From an uncultured virus (IMG/VR IMGVR_UViG_2888331157_000001) (Duplodnaviria > Heunggongvirae > Uroviricota > Caudoviricetes): DNA of 64,000 bases. Both the position numbers and the translations under genes were made by a program. Shown here piece after piece: positions 9,708 through 18,860 of the stretch. A model generated the notes under the pieces. It was not told the origin of the DNA and made no database searches. It saw nothing but the letters and a program-made list of their open reading frames with translations. The first letter of the stretch is position 1, and each line of letters starts with the position of its first letter. Where the stretch lies: IMG/VR virus record IMGVR_UViG_2888331157_000001, one strand, 5' to 3'.

Positions 9708-9929
9708 CTGGCGGTCGCGCGCACGATCAGCGCCAAGACTTGATTCGTGGGGCGCTCTACGATGGATGAGGCGCCAAGCCTCATCCTGCCATGTAGTGAT
9801 TCCGAGCGTTACCGTAGAGCTCTACGTTGAAGGTTAGAGATAATCTCCAACCGAGCGCGCACGCCACGCGCCAGAGGCGCGCGCGTGGCTTCGCAGGACG
9901 GCATTCGTCAAGTCGCCGAAGGAAATATT

Positions 9930-10283
9930 TTAGTTCGCGATCTTGGCGCCCAGGGCGGCGCATAGGGAAAGAAGATTCGATCCCTCTGGCTGCGAACTAG
10001 CCAGCTTGGTCAGGTAGAACTGGCTGTTGTCGTAGAGCTTGCCGGAGAACGGCATCGGACCGATGTAGCCGCCAAAGCCATTCTTCGCGTTGACCGTCCC
10101 GCACACGACGATTTCTCCCGTCTGCTGACGGGATGATGCCAAGGCCGAAAATTTTGCACTGTCCGGATCCTTGAGGCCGCCGACGATCGTCGCCTTTACC
10201 GCCTCCTGGTCGGCCTGTGTCAGCGGCTGTGCATTGGCCGCAGTGGCGAGAAGCACAAAGAAAGCGCTCATCAATCGGGGCAT
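9930..10283 (-). CDS. Exported protein co-transcribed with cI (possible superinfection exclusion)
   Basis: Signal peptide ending ANA|Q; LKDPDSAKF...VCGTVNAKNGFGGY motif; TGATG overlap with cI. Confidence 0.7.
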   Translation of the reverse strand: MPRLMSAFFVLLATAANAQPLTQADQEAVKATIVGGLKDPDSAKFSALASSRQQTGEIVVCGTVNAKNGFGGYIGPMPFSGKLYDNSQFYLTKLASSQPEGSNLLSLCAALGAKIAN

Positions 10284-10954
10284 CAGCCGGCCCTCTGCAG
10301 GGACAACCGACCCTGAATGCCACCTTGCTGGCCGATTCGCTTCACAGCAGCCGGCGGCAGTGTCGCAAAAATCTCGCCAATCCAATCCAGCTTGACAGGA
10401 CCGATGGGCTCGATGTCGTTCCACGAGCGAAGGAAGATACCGCCCACACCACGCTCGATCGTCTTAATGTAGCGTCTCCCCGCAGTCGTCCGGACAGCAG
10501 CCTCAAGCCCGAAGAAACTTTCAATCGGCTTCCGCTGTTCACGATAGACGATGATGATGTGGTCGGGCCGATAAACCGGCAGCATAGAATTCCCCGTGAC
10601 CTTGAACGCGATCATTTCGTCGGGAACCGGAAAGGGAAGATCGACGTGATCCAAGCCTTCGGGCGGAACCTGCTCGAATTCAGGCTCAACCTCCGCTCCG
10701 GCACCAAGATAACCCATGATAGGCACTGTCCTGGGGATAGCCGGAGTCGCGATCAAAGCGGCAAAGTCTTTCGGGTCGAGTTGAAGCGCTCGCGCAACCT
10801 GTTCCGTCTTGTCGGTGCGGAACGACAGCTTCTTGCCGATTAGGATGTCGTTGAGAAAACTGCGCTCCAGCCCAGCGCTTTTCGCAGCTTCGAACGGATT
10901 CGTTTCGAGATCTTCCAGGCGGCTTCTGACGATTTTCTGCAGCGGGTTATCCAT
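10283..10954 (-). CDS. cI: CI-like repressor (HTH + S24 autopeptidase)
   Basis: N-terminal HTH, LGAG cleavage-site region, VTGNSMLP (Ser), YIKTI (Lys); divergent from cro. Confidence 0.9.
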   Translation of the reverse strand: MDNPLQKIVRSRLEDLETNPFEAAKSAGLERSFLNDILIGKKLSFRTDKTEQVARALQLDPKDFAALIATPAIPRTVPIMGYLGAGAEVEPEFEQVPPEGLDHVDLPFPVPDEMIAFKVTGNSMLPVYRPDHIIIVYREQRKPIESFFGLEAAVRTTAGRRYIKTIERGVGGIFLRSWNDIEPIGPVKLDWIGEIFATLPPAAVKRIGQQGGIQGRLSLQRAG

Positions 10955-11034
10955 GTTGGAATATTCCCACGACCGGCAATTCGACGCGCGTTGGATTTTT
11001 CCACTTGACGTAGTTGGAAAACTCCAACTATCGT
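10954..11034. promoter_or_regulatory. OR region and PR promoter
   Basis: Operators at 10954-10971, 10989-11006 and 11012-11029 (last is identical to the OL copy at 9615); TTGACG 11005-11010 and TATCGT 11029-11034. Confidence 0.85.
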
Positions 11035-11041
11035 TAGGCGC

Positions 11042-11320
11042 ATGGAAGCCGAACTGATCCGACATCTCGAACTTCTCCTCGCCGCTTACCGCGAAAAGGT
11101 GGATCGCGCCGAAAGCACGATCGGCCGCTTCTGCGCCGGCGACGGCGACTTCTTTGATCGGTTGCGGTCGGGAAAGGGATTCAACGTGCGAACATACGAC
11201 CGCGTCGCCCGCTGGTTTCTCTCGAATTGGCCGACAAACGCATCATGGCCGGACGATGTCCCTCGTCCGACCGATGATGCGTCTGTCGATGAAGCAGCTG
11301 TCCAAGAGGCTGCAGAATGA
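11042..11320 (+). CDS. cro: Cro-like regulator
   Basis: Divergent from cI; ESTIGR..GDG.FF.RL..G...WP...WP.DVPRP pattern of alphaproteobacterial Cro-like proteins. Confidence 0.8.
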   Translation: MEAELIRHLELLLAAYREKVDRAESTIGRFCAGDGDFFDRLRSGKGFNVRTYDRVARWFLSNWPTNASWPDDVPRPTDDASVDEAAVQEAAE

Positions 11321-11488
11321 TAACCGCGCGCGCTTGCAGAGCAGCCCGCGACAACCGGGGCCTTCCGACCCCGATCATGGTGGGCCCGTCGGCATCCGGT
11401 CTCGCGTTGGCCGGCGTGGCTCACCATCGTTTTTCACCTGACCGTTCATTGGTCGCCTCCAGTTCCGTCGATGGAATGGAGAATAGCG

Positions 11489-12016
11489 ATGAACGATTCC
11501 AGATACTTGGATACGCGCTCCAGGAGCGTGGATTCCTGCTCCACGCAGGAAATGGAGGGTCGTATGTCCACTAGCGTTGCGACCGCCGAAGAACTCACCC
11601 GGGGGTTGGGCGAGATGCTCGCCCCTCAGATGCCCACGAAATCGCAGATCGAAAAAGTCTATCGCGAATTGTCCAAGCTGCTGCCGGAAGTCAGCCGCCG
11701 GCGCGTTCGCGCGTTCTTCTTCGGCGAGGTCGCCAGGGTGGATTACGAAGAAATGCGGGCGCTCGAAGAACTGCGTGCGCTCGAGGAGGCTCGCCGTGAA
11801 CAACGAGAATTCGATGCCGCCACCAACCGGCTGGCGATTGCTCTTGCCAGCGAAGGTGCGTCGTTCACTCGCGCGCAGCTGGCTGCGCTGGAGAGGATCA
11901 AAGGCAAAACGGCTGCAGGTGCAGGCGGCAAACCTTTCGTTTCGAGCCCTGCTGGTTCGCGACCGGGCATCGCGCATCGCTATGTGGCTGCATCCGGAGC
12001 AAGGAAGGCCGCCTGA
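11489..12016 (+). CDS. CII-position HTH-like protein
   Basis: Position after cro; VSRRRVRAFFFGEVARVDYEEM helix motif; alternative start at 11564. Confidence 0.55.
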   Translation: MNDSRYLDTRSRSVDSCSTQEMEGRMSTSVATAEELTRGLGEMLAPQMPTKSQIEKVYRELSKLLPEVSRRRVRAFFFGEVARVDYEEMRALEELRALEEARREQREFDAATNRLAIALASEGASFTRAQLAALERIKGKTAAGAGGKPFVSSPAGSRPGIAHRYVAASGARKAA

Positions 12017-12897
12017 TGCCGCGCACAGCGAAAACATGGGCACGGCTGAGTTTGAACGACCAATTGGCAATGGTTCGTAGCCTAGTCGCTGAAGGCTTGG
12101 CGGTGAGCACGATGGCTTACCGGCTGTCGGCGCCACCGAAGAAGGTCGCCATGCTCGCGGCGCAAGTTCGGCGCGAGATCGAGCAGGAAGAGCGGGCATC
12201 GTATGAGCCGGCAGAGCCAGGGCAGGCCGGCGATATTGCGTCGAATGATCCCTGGAAAGCCTATTCCGGAACGCTCAACTGGAAGCTCATCGATCCATCC
12301 CAGCGCGATCTACTCTTGCGAGACGGTATTGCAGCTGGCTTGTCGGCGCAAAAGATAGCTGATCGCTTCCAGAATGCCTCTCGGTCTGCCGTCATCGGAC
12401 GCGCCCATCGGCTCAAGCTGAAATTCAAGAGCGCTGCATTCTCGCGACCAAAGCATCCCAAGGAGGTAAGAGCACCGTCCTCGAAGCCTGCCGAAAGCGC
12501 GCCGCGCAAGGCGCCAGGTCGCAAGATGAGATTGGTCGGCGGCGTTCCGCAAGTGGTGATCGGCGCCGGCCCGAAAGCAGCCAGCCAGTATGATTTCAAG
12601 GCACGTGCTGAGCAGCGCGCCGCCTCCGTTGGTCTGGCGGCGCATCTCGTATCCGGTGAAGCCAAACGGCCTGTCGATGACACAAGCGCGCCGGTCTCGC
12701 TTCGCCTTCAGCTCGTCGGTCTGACCGAGCGCACATGCAAGTGGCCACATGGTGATCCCATGTCTCCCGACTTCAATTTTTGCGGCAACGACACCTTCTT
12801 CGAAGGTCCGTATTGCCCCTACCACGCCCGCCTCGCTTTCACCCCCAAATCGGAACGCCAGATAGCCGCCATTCGGTCGGCGGAAAGGATTCGCTGA
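12016..12897 (+). CDS. gcrA: GcrA-family cell-cycle regulator homologue
   Basis: GLSAQKIA...SRSAVIGRAHRL and LTERTCKWPHGDP...FNFCG...PYCPYHARLAF match the GcrA N- and C-terminal signatures. Confidence 0.88.
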   Translation: MPRTAKTWARLSLNDQLAMVRSLVAEGLAVSTMAYRLSAPPKKVAMLAAQVRREIEQEERASYEPAEPGQAGDIASNDPWKAYSGTLNWKLIDPSQRDLLLRDGIAAGLSAQKIADRFQNASRSAVIGRAHRLKLKFKSAAFSRPKHPKEVRAPSSKPAESAPRKAPGRKMRLVGGVPQVVIGAGPKAASQYDFKARAEQRAASVGLAAHLVSGEAKRPVDDTSAPVSLRLQLVGLTERTCKWPHGDPMSPDFNFCGNDTFFEGPYCPYHARLAFTPKSERQIAAIRSAERIR

Positions 12898-13340
12898 TGA
12901 CCCGCATTCTGGAAGGAAAGAACCGCGCCTCTCCGAGCGAGGCGGCCAGCTTCATCGACAAGGTCGAGGAGCTGATGAAGGAAAAGACCAGCGAGCAAGG
13001 CACCTTCATGGCGAAGTGCAAAGCTATCAATGAGAGGATCAAGGAGGTTCTCGACGACGCGAAATCTCAAGGCGTCGCCAAGAAGCTCGTGAAGTCGATC
13101 GTCTCCGCCCGCGAGCACGAGGCGAAGGCCAAGGCCCTCCGCGACGATCTGGAGGACGAGGACCAAAAGTTCTTCGTCGATATCAGGAAGGTGCTTGGCG
13201 ATCTTGCCGACACTCCGTTGGGTGCGGCTGCGATGGATCGCCAGGAGCAAGGGGCCAGGGAAAAAGATCCCGTCGCCGCCGCGGCCGAGAAGGCATGGGG
13301 CGAACCTGATCCGATCAAGGAGCCGGCTACCTCACATTGA
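12897..13340 (+). CDS. GapR/DUF2312-like nucleoid-associated protein
   Basis: SFIDKVEELMKEK...INERIKEVLDDAKSQGV.KK.VK.IV..R resembles the GapR core. Confidence 0.65.
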   Translation: MTRILEGKNRASPSEAASFIDKVEELMKEKTSEQGTFMAKCKAINERIKEVLDDAKSQGVAKKLVKSIVSAREHEAKAKALRDDLEDEDQKFFVDIRKVLGDLADTPLGAAAMDRQEQGAREKDPVAAAAEKAWGEPDPIKEPATSH

Positions 13341-13482
13341 ATTTGAGGCAGCGAGAAGACGTCGCGTTCTCAGCGTGAGGTCCGGCCAGGGAACACGAGC
13401 CTGGGGATCGAGCAACAGCGCAACACCTACGGCGTGACCAGCCCGGGAGAGAAGCGGGCACGTTAATTCGAGGGCCAGCACC

Positions 13483-14088
13483 ATGATCATCAGCGGCTTG
13501 GACATCGCCCGCTTCACCGGCATTTCGCTGATCAATCCCGCGGCCGACCCGAGCACGTGGCGCACGTTCTGCCTTGTGCTCGAGAAGGAAACGACGTGGG
13601 TCAAAACGGCCAAATTCTCCCCTGCCCTGCGGGAGTTCTACCAAGATGAGGATCATCGCGCCGATTTCGTCGTGATCGAGACCCCGCTGGGGATCGTGAT
13701 GGACTACGGCGCCGGCGCCGCCAATCCCGGCGACAAGAGAAGCATCAACGCCGCCACGGTCGCTTCCCTCAACTCGCTGGCCGGCGCGGCGATCGGTGTG
13801 CTCGACGGTCTCGGCATCCCCTATGGCATGCTCCAACCGAGGAGCTGGCATACCTCATATTTCGGTTCGGGCTTCAAGCCGAAGGACGGGGACTGGAAAG
13901 CCGCATCCGTCGCGCATGCTCGCTTACAGAATGTTCCTCTGCCGGTCGGCAATCGGCAGGCACAGGAAGACTGCGCCGATGCGGTCGGTGCGGCCTGTTC
14001 GTGGACGTCGAAGGCCATCTTCGTGCCGGAGCATCATCAGCGCGCCTACATGGACTTGCGAATGAGCTACGGGAGAGTCGCAGCATGA
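13483..14088 (+). CDS. RuvC-like Holliday junction resolvase
   Basis: IISGLDIA..TG, VVIE, W..SYFG, DCADAVG. Confidence 0.75.
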   Translation: MIISGLDIARFTGISLINPAADPSTWRTFCLVLEKETTWVKTAKFSPALREFYQDEDHRADFVVIETPLGIVMDYGAGAANPGDKRSINAATVASLNSLAGAAIGVLDGLGIPYGMLQPRSWHTSYFGSGFKPKDGDWKAASVAHARLQNVPLPVGNRQAQEDCADAVGAACSWTSKAIFVPEHHQRAYMDLRMSYGRVAA

Positions 14089-14399
14089 AGCGCGCACTCG
14101 ACATCTTCCTCGTCCTCTTGGCCGTCACCATCATCGGCGCATTCGTCTGCTGCCGTGCCAGGGCAGAACAGTGCACCTCCTGGACCGCGCTCAAGCAGGT
14201 CCTCGCCGAGCAATGGGGCGAAGTGCCCATCGGCGGCGGCCTCGTCAGCCGCGACGTTATCGTCCAGGTGCTCGCCTCTCCGGATGGGGCGTCGTTCACC
14301 GTGGTGGAGATCAACAAAGCGGGGATCGCCTGTTCCATTGCCGCCGGTTTCGGCTGGGAGCCGGGCAAGAACCCACCAAAGCCAGGACGGCCATCCTGA
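14085..14399 (+). CDS. Hypothetical exported protein
   Basis: Signal peptide (ARA|E); two cysteines in the mature region. Confidence 0.6.
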   Translation: MKRALDIFLVLLAVTIIGAFVCCRARAEQCTSWTALKQVLAEQWGEVPIGGGLVSRDVIVQVLASPDGASFTVVEINKAGIACSIAAGFGWEPGKNPPKPGRPS

Positions 14400-15124
14400 T
14401 GCACGTTATCGTTTCCTCGCCAGTTTCACAGATCGCGACGAGCATTGCTGTTTCCTGCTCCATGGTCGATTTGCCGTGTGAGCTGGAGCCGTCCGTCCAA
14501 GAGTTCGGGTCCAAGCTCTTCCGCAATCCTGACGCTATCGGCGTCTTCTGGTCTCCAGGTCCGGCGAGTGCAGCCGAGCATTGCCGCCGCTTTCGGCTGG
14601 CAGACATTCGCAACCTACTTTTTGCGCTTGTTGAAGAAGGCGCGGGGTTTGAATTGGATGGCGACGGACGTGTGCTCGTCCTCGGCGCGGGCGCCGATGA
14701 AGTCCAGCGTTGGCCAATCGCGGCGGGTGAATTTGTAGCGCGGCTCCACGCTTTGCAACGGCGAGTGCGGCGCTCGGAATCGCCGTTTCTCCACTTCGGA
14801 GGGTGCCGGTACAACCGCATAGCTGCGCAGGTTCTCGGCCCGAGTGGCCAGATCAGCTTGACCGGCCAGGAGCAGGTTCTTTTCGAGACGCTGACGGCCA
14901 GGCCCAACATCGTATTCACCAAGGCGATGTGCCTTTTGGCGATGCACAACGGGCTCAATGATGCCCTGGAGAAGATCGTCGACGTCTACATCCACAAGCT
15001 CCGTCGAAAGCTCGCGGCCATTTGCCCGCAGATGCAGTTCATCGAGACTGTATGGGGCCAAGGATACCGGTTCGTTCCAGACGGCATCCCTCTCCTGATT
15101 GCTGTTGAGGGAGGCGCCCAATGA
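14399..15124 (+). CDS. CtrA-like OmpR-family regulator with degenerate receiver domain
   Basis: C-terminal LTGQE...KIVDVYIHKLRRKL...IETVWGQGY closely matches the CtrA wHTH; GAGADE...FVARLHALQRR marks the receiver end. Confidence 0.8.
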   Translation: MHVIVSSPVSQIATSIAVSCSMVDLPCELEPSVQEFGSKLFRNPDAIGVFWSPGPASAAEHCRRFRLADIRNLLFALVEEGAGFELDGDGRVLVLGAGADEVQRWPIAAGEFVARLHALQRRVRRSESPFLHFGGCRYNRIAAQVLGPSGQISLTGQEQVLFETLTARPNIVFTKAMCLLAMHNGLNDALEKIVDVYIHKLRRKLAAICPQMQFIETVWGQGYRFVPDGIPLLIAVEGGAQ

Positions 15125-15600
15125 GCGACCTCCGCGAACTGCGTGACATCCTGGCCGAATGCATGGTGTGCGAGCGCCTGGGCCAGAGCGCGATGCCATG
15201 GGCGCAACGCGCCGAGTTTCACGACGAGGCCTGCGAGCAGGATCGAATGCGCGCCGATCGGATGATGCGGCTTCTGGCGGAGCACGGTATCGCACTGGCC
15301 CGCGCCAGTGACCCGGAACCGAAGTTGCCACCGCCTACCGGCGACGTGATCTATCGCTATTGGCTGGTTGGCAAGGCGGCTGCACGATTGATCCGTCGTC
15401 ATGAAAAGCGCTGGCAGATTGTCCTGCTCGCTGACGGCGCCGAGACTATCGAGCAGGAATTCACGCTCGACGAGGTGATGCTCAAGGTCGGCCTCGTGCT
15501 TACCGATGCCCCCGAAGCGCTGGCAGTCAAGGGCCTTGGCAAACAACTGGCGGCCGTTGCCGAGATCTTCCGCATGGGCGCGGAGGGTATGACCACGTGA
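15121..15600 (+). CDS. Hypothetical protein
   Basis: GGAGG SD; ATGA coupling. Confidence 0.65.
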   Translation: MSDLRELRDILAECMVCERLGQSAMPWAQRAEFHDEACEQDRMRADRMMRLLAEHGIALARASDPEPKLPPPTGDVIYRYWLVGKAAARLIRRHEKRWQIVLLADGAETIEQEFTLDEVMLKVGLVLTDAPEALAVKGLGKQLAAVAEIFRMGAEGMTT

Positions 15601-15791
15601 CCGGCCCCTATGCACAGATCGGGCAAGCTTTGGATGTTTTGAACGAAGTCGTGGCTGACTGGTCCGTCGACCTGCTGCGGCGACAATCCGAGCTCCTGTC
15701 CCATGGCTATGACCATGCCGCGCAGCGTGACATCGAGGGTGCGCGCGACTGGCACGACCTCGCGAGACCAACGAGGTTCCCCAATGAATGA
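15597..15791 (+). CDS. Hypothetical protein
   Basis: GTGA coupling. Confidence 0.5.
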   Translation: MTGPYAQIGQALDVLNEVVADWSVDLLRRQSELLSHGYDHAAQRDIEGARDWHDLARPTRFPNE

Positions 15792-16071
15792 CGTCGATGC
15801 CAGATCGGTCGCGGTTTTCGGCGGCTATCACGGCGAATTCCGCAAAGTGCACAAAGCCGATTGGGAAGTCGTCCAGCGACACGGCAGACCGATCATCTAC
15901 ACGTCCGCGTACGAGGCCGAAATAGCTGCGTGGCGGGCACTTCGTGCGCACCTGTGCGGCGATATCGTCGGGAGCGGCCAGAAGGCGGGAACTGCCCTTT
16001 CCGAAGCCGAATCCAAGTTCAAGAAGTTGTTCCGCGGTGGCGGTAAAACAGTAACGGTGGAGCAGCGTTGA
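15784..16071 (+). CDS. Hypothetical protein
   Basis: GAGG SD; coupled. Confidence 0.55.
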   Translation: MNDVDARSVAVFGGYHGEFRKVHKADWEVVQRHGRPIIYTSAYEAEIAAWRALRAHLCGDIVGSGQKAGTALSEAESKFKKLFRGGGKTVTVEQR

Positions 16072-16072
16072 A

Positions 16073-17179
16073 GTGTCCCGCCGCATTGATCAGACAGAGA
16101 TAGACGACCTGAAATCCCGCACGGAGCTTTCCTCCGTGTTCGCGCAATTCGGTGTGCGCAGCCGCGACACTGGCAAGATAAAATGGGTGCCCTGCTGCTT
16201 CCACGGCGAAAAGACGCCCAGCCTAAAGATTGATGATACGCGCGGTCGATACCATTGCTTCGGCTGTGGCGCGTCTGGAGATCACTTCTCCGTCCTGACC
16301 GAACTCGGCGGCAAGACCTTCATGGAGGCCGTGGAAGTGTTGGGCGGCGTCCGCCTGATCACCGCCGAGGAGCGCAAGGAGATCGAGGCGCAGTCTCAGA
16401 AGTGGCAGAAGGAAGAAGCCGCCAAATCCGACCGAACCCGGAAAGATTGCCAGAAGCTGTTCGACGGGGCCAAGCCGATCGGCGGAACGCTTGCTGCAGC
16501 CTATCTGGAAGCGCGCGGCCTGCCTGTCGTCAAGCACTGGACTGCTGATTTACGGTTCGTCGCGGAGTTGCCCTATCACGGTTGGGTTTCAGCTGAGGCC
16601 GATTCGACATCCGACCTCGGTGCCTTCCCGGCCATGGTAGCGGCGATCCGCGATGCCAAGGGCCAGCTCATCGGCCTGCACCGTACCTATCTGGACAAGA
16701 GCGCTCCAAAGAAACTTGTGCCGCCGGGAGACCCGGCGCGAAACAAGGCGAAGAAGGTGCTGGGTGAACAGAAGGGCGGTACGATCCGTCTTTCGCCAGA
16801 GGGGCCATGCGTCGTCATTGGCGAGGGTATCGAGACAACTCGCGCATGGTTTGCACTCGGCCTCGCCGAGGAAGACGTCGCTTTGGCCGCCGCCGTGTCG
16901 CTGGGTAATTTGTCCGGTGGCGCAATGGGGTCATCGCCGCATCCTACCGACGACGATAAGCGGATTCCGAACGGCATACCGGACATGGACCGGCCCGGAA
17001 TGATCCTGCCGGCGATCGTGCGCAAAGCCATTTTGCTTGGTGACGGCGATAGCGACTGGGCGATGACCCGGGCAAGATTGCTGGTGGGCGGGCGCCGACT
17101 TCGCAATCTCGGGCTATCCGTGTGGGTGCAGATGGCTCCCAAGGGTCAGGACTTCGGCGACCTGGTTGAAGGTGCATGA
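16073..17179 (+). CDS. DNA primase (CHC2 zinc finger + Toprim)
   Basis: CCFHGEKTPS...YHCFGCGASGD; YLEARG; GLHRTYL; IGEGIET; GDGD. Confidence 0.9.
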   Translation: MSRRIDQTEIDDLKSRTELSSVFAQFGVRSRDTGKIKWVPCCFHGEKTPSLKIDDTRGRYHCFGCGASGDHFSVLTELGGKTFMEAVEVLGGVRLITAEERKEIEAQSQKWQKEEAAKSDRTRKDCQKLFDGAKPIGGTLAAAYLEARGLPVVKHWTADLRFVAELPYHGWVSAEADSTSDLGAFPAMVAAIRDAKGQLIGLHRTYLDKSAPKKLVPPGDPARNKAKKVLGEQKGGTIRLSPEGPCVVIGEGIETTRAWFALGLAEEDVALAAAVSLGNLSGGAMGSSPHPTDDDKRIPNGIPDMDRPGMILPAIVRKAILLGDGDSDWAMTRARLLVGGRRLRNLGLSVWVQMAPKGQDFGDLVEGA

Positions 17180-18516
17180 ACGCGATACCCCCACTACAGA
17201 CGTTCGAAGCCTTCGAGGCGGAAGTCACGGAAGCGCTCAAGCCGGCGTTCCGGTCGCACTTCGGCGCGATTACATGGAAGGACCGCAAGCGGCCCCGCCG
17301 GCGGCTGCAATATTTGGTCGAGGACTGGCTGACGACCACGGGAGTGTCGGTTATCGGCGGTCGGTCAAGCAGCGGCAAGTCGTTCTTCGCGCTTCACCTT
17401 GGCATGTGCATCGCGCGCGGCAAGGAGTTCTTCGGGCTCTCGGTACGGCGCTGTGGCGTTGTCTACCAGGCAGGTGAAGGTGGTCTCGGCCTGCTCGATC
17501 GCATGGAGGCTTACGCCCAGCATTTCGAGGTGCCGGAAAGCGAGGACATCCCGTTCGTGCTGCTGCCGGGCAAGCTCGACATCTTCACCAAGGACAAGAA
17601 GGACGTGGATAATTTCATCGCCGAGGTGAATCACTACTCGACCGACATGGAGAAACGAACCGGCGTCAGGGCCGGCTTCATCTGCATTGACACACTCAAG
17701 AAGGCGGCCCCCGGCATCGATGAGATCAGCGGCAAGGACAATGCCGTCGTGCTCGACAATGTCTACAGGATCGAACGTGACACGGGTTGCCACGTCTGCC
17801 TGGTCCATCACACCAATGCCGACGGCAAAAAGCTTCGCGGCCACACTTCGCTGCGTGATGACGTCGAGCAGGTGATCCTTATCGAGCACGACAAGGACAC
17901 AGGCATCCGCGACGCGGTGCTCGACAAGATCAAAGATGGCGAGGACGGCAGAAAAATCCGCTTCACGCTCATTGCCGTACCGGTGCGCAGCGACACCATG
18001 GAGGACGGCTCCACGAAGGAAATCACCTCATGTGCCATCGTAACCGTGAGCGAGAAGGAGAGGCTTAAGAAAGAACAGGAGAAACAAGGGGTATCCGTCA
18101 ATCCGACGGAGCGCCGAATCTTGATGAACCTGTTCGACGCCATCGACAGATATGGCAAGTTCGTCGCCGACGAGAAGGACGGACCTCGCGCGGCCCTCGG
18201 CAAGACGGTCGTGAAATGGGACTATTTCCGCGATGTATCTCTGGAGAAAATGCCTGACGTTTCCGAGGAGGAACGCAAGAAGGCCATCGAGCGGCTTCGG
18301 ACTGAATTCAGGCGTTCTAGCACGTTCCTCTTGAAGTCCGGTGTCATCGGCGTGGAGCGGCCCTTCATGTGGCACACGGGCAAGCCGATCCGCGGATTCC
18401 CCAAGACGATGCCAAACTACCGTGGTGGCGGTGCGCCCGAACTGCCTCTGGACAACAGTTCGACCTCACCCGGCATGGCGGAAATGATCGAAGGCGATGG
18501 GGAGATCCAGCTTTGA
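17176..18516 (+). CDS. Replicative helicase, RepA/AAA_25 (SF4) family
   Basis: GRSSSGKSF, VVYQAGEG, ICIDTL, LVHH, RGHTSL. Confidence 0.88.
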   Translation: MNAIPPLQTFEAFEAEVTEALKPAFRSHFGAITWKDRKRPRRRLQYLVEDWLTTTGVSVIGGRSSSGKSFFALHLGMCIARGKEFFGLSVRRCGVVYQAGEGGLGLLDRMEAYAQHFEVPESEDIPFVLLPGKLDIFTKDKKDVDNFIAEVNHYSTDMEKRTGVRAGFICIDTLKKAAPGIDEISGKDNAVVLDNVYRIERDTGCHVCLVHHTNADGKKLRGHTSLRDDVEQVILIEHDKDTGIRDAVLDKIKDGEDGRKIRFTLIAVPVRSDTMEDGSTKEITSCAIVTVSEKERLKKEQEKQGVSVNPTERRILMNLFDAIDRYGKFVADEKDGPRAALGKTVVKWDYFRDVSLEKMPDVSEEERKKAIERLRTEFRRSSTFLLKSGVIGVERPFMWHTGKPIRGFPKTMPNYRGGGAPELPLDNSSTSPGMAEMIEGDGEIQL

Positions 18517-18860
18517 TGAAGCCGATCTTCCGTCGCCGCCGGCATGACGACGCCGTTCGTTATGTCACCTACGTCATGTGGCTGGTGGGCTATTCGCAGC
18601 GTTCCATCGCTTTCGCGCTGGGAATGCGCACCAAGCAGGTCGCCGGCATCATCGAGAACTCGGAATATCGTGCGCGCTCCTCGATGTCGGACGAGGATCG
18701 CACGGCGAAGCTATCCGAGCTCGAAGCCATTCGCCTGGACGACGCCGGAGCGAAACTCGATGGCGGCATTCTCGATCGTATCGGCTTCACCGCCCGGCCG
18801 CTGGATCGCAGGCAGAGCCGCGCGAGCCTCAAGCGAAAGGTGCGAGGCCGTGCCGGGTAA
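18516..18860 (+). CDS. Hypothetical HTH-like protein
   Basis: GYSQRSIAFALGMRTKQV helix-turn-helix; coupled to the helicase. Confidence 0.55.
   Translation: MKPIFRRRRHDDAVRYVTYVMWLVGYSQRSIAFALGMRTKQVAGIIENSEYRARSSMSDEDRTAKLSELEAIRLDDAGAKLDGGILDRIGFTARPLDRRQSRASLKRKVRGRAG

Noticed and set aside
9781..9963. 60-aa ORF after the exported protein
   Set aside because: No SD or motif, and it overlaps the upstream gene; unsupported.
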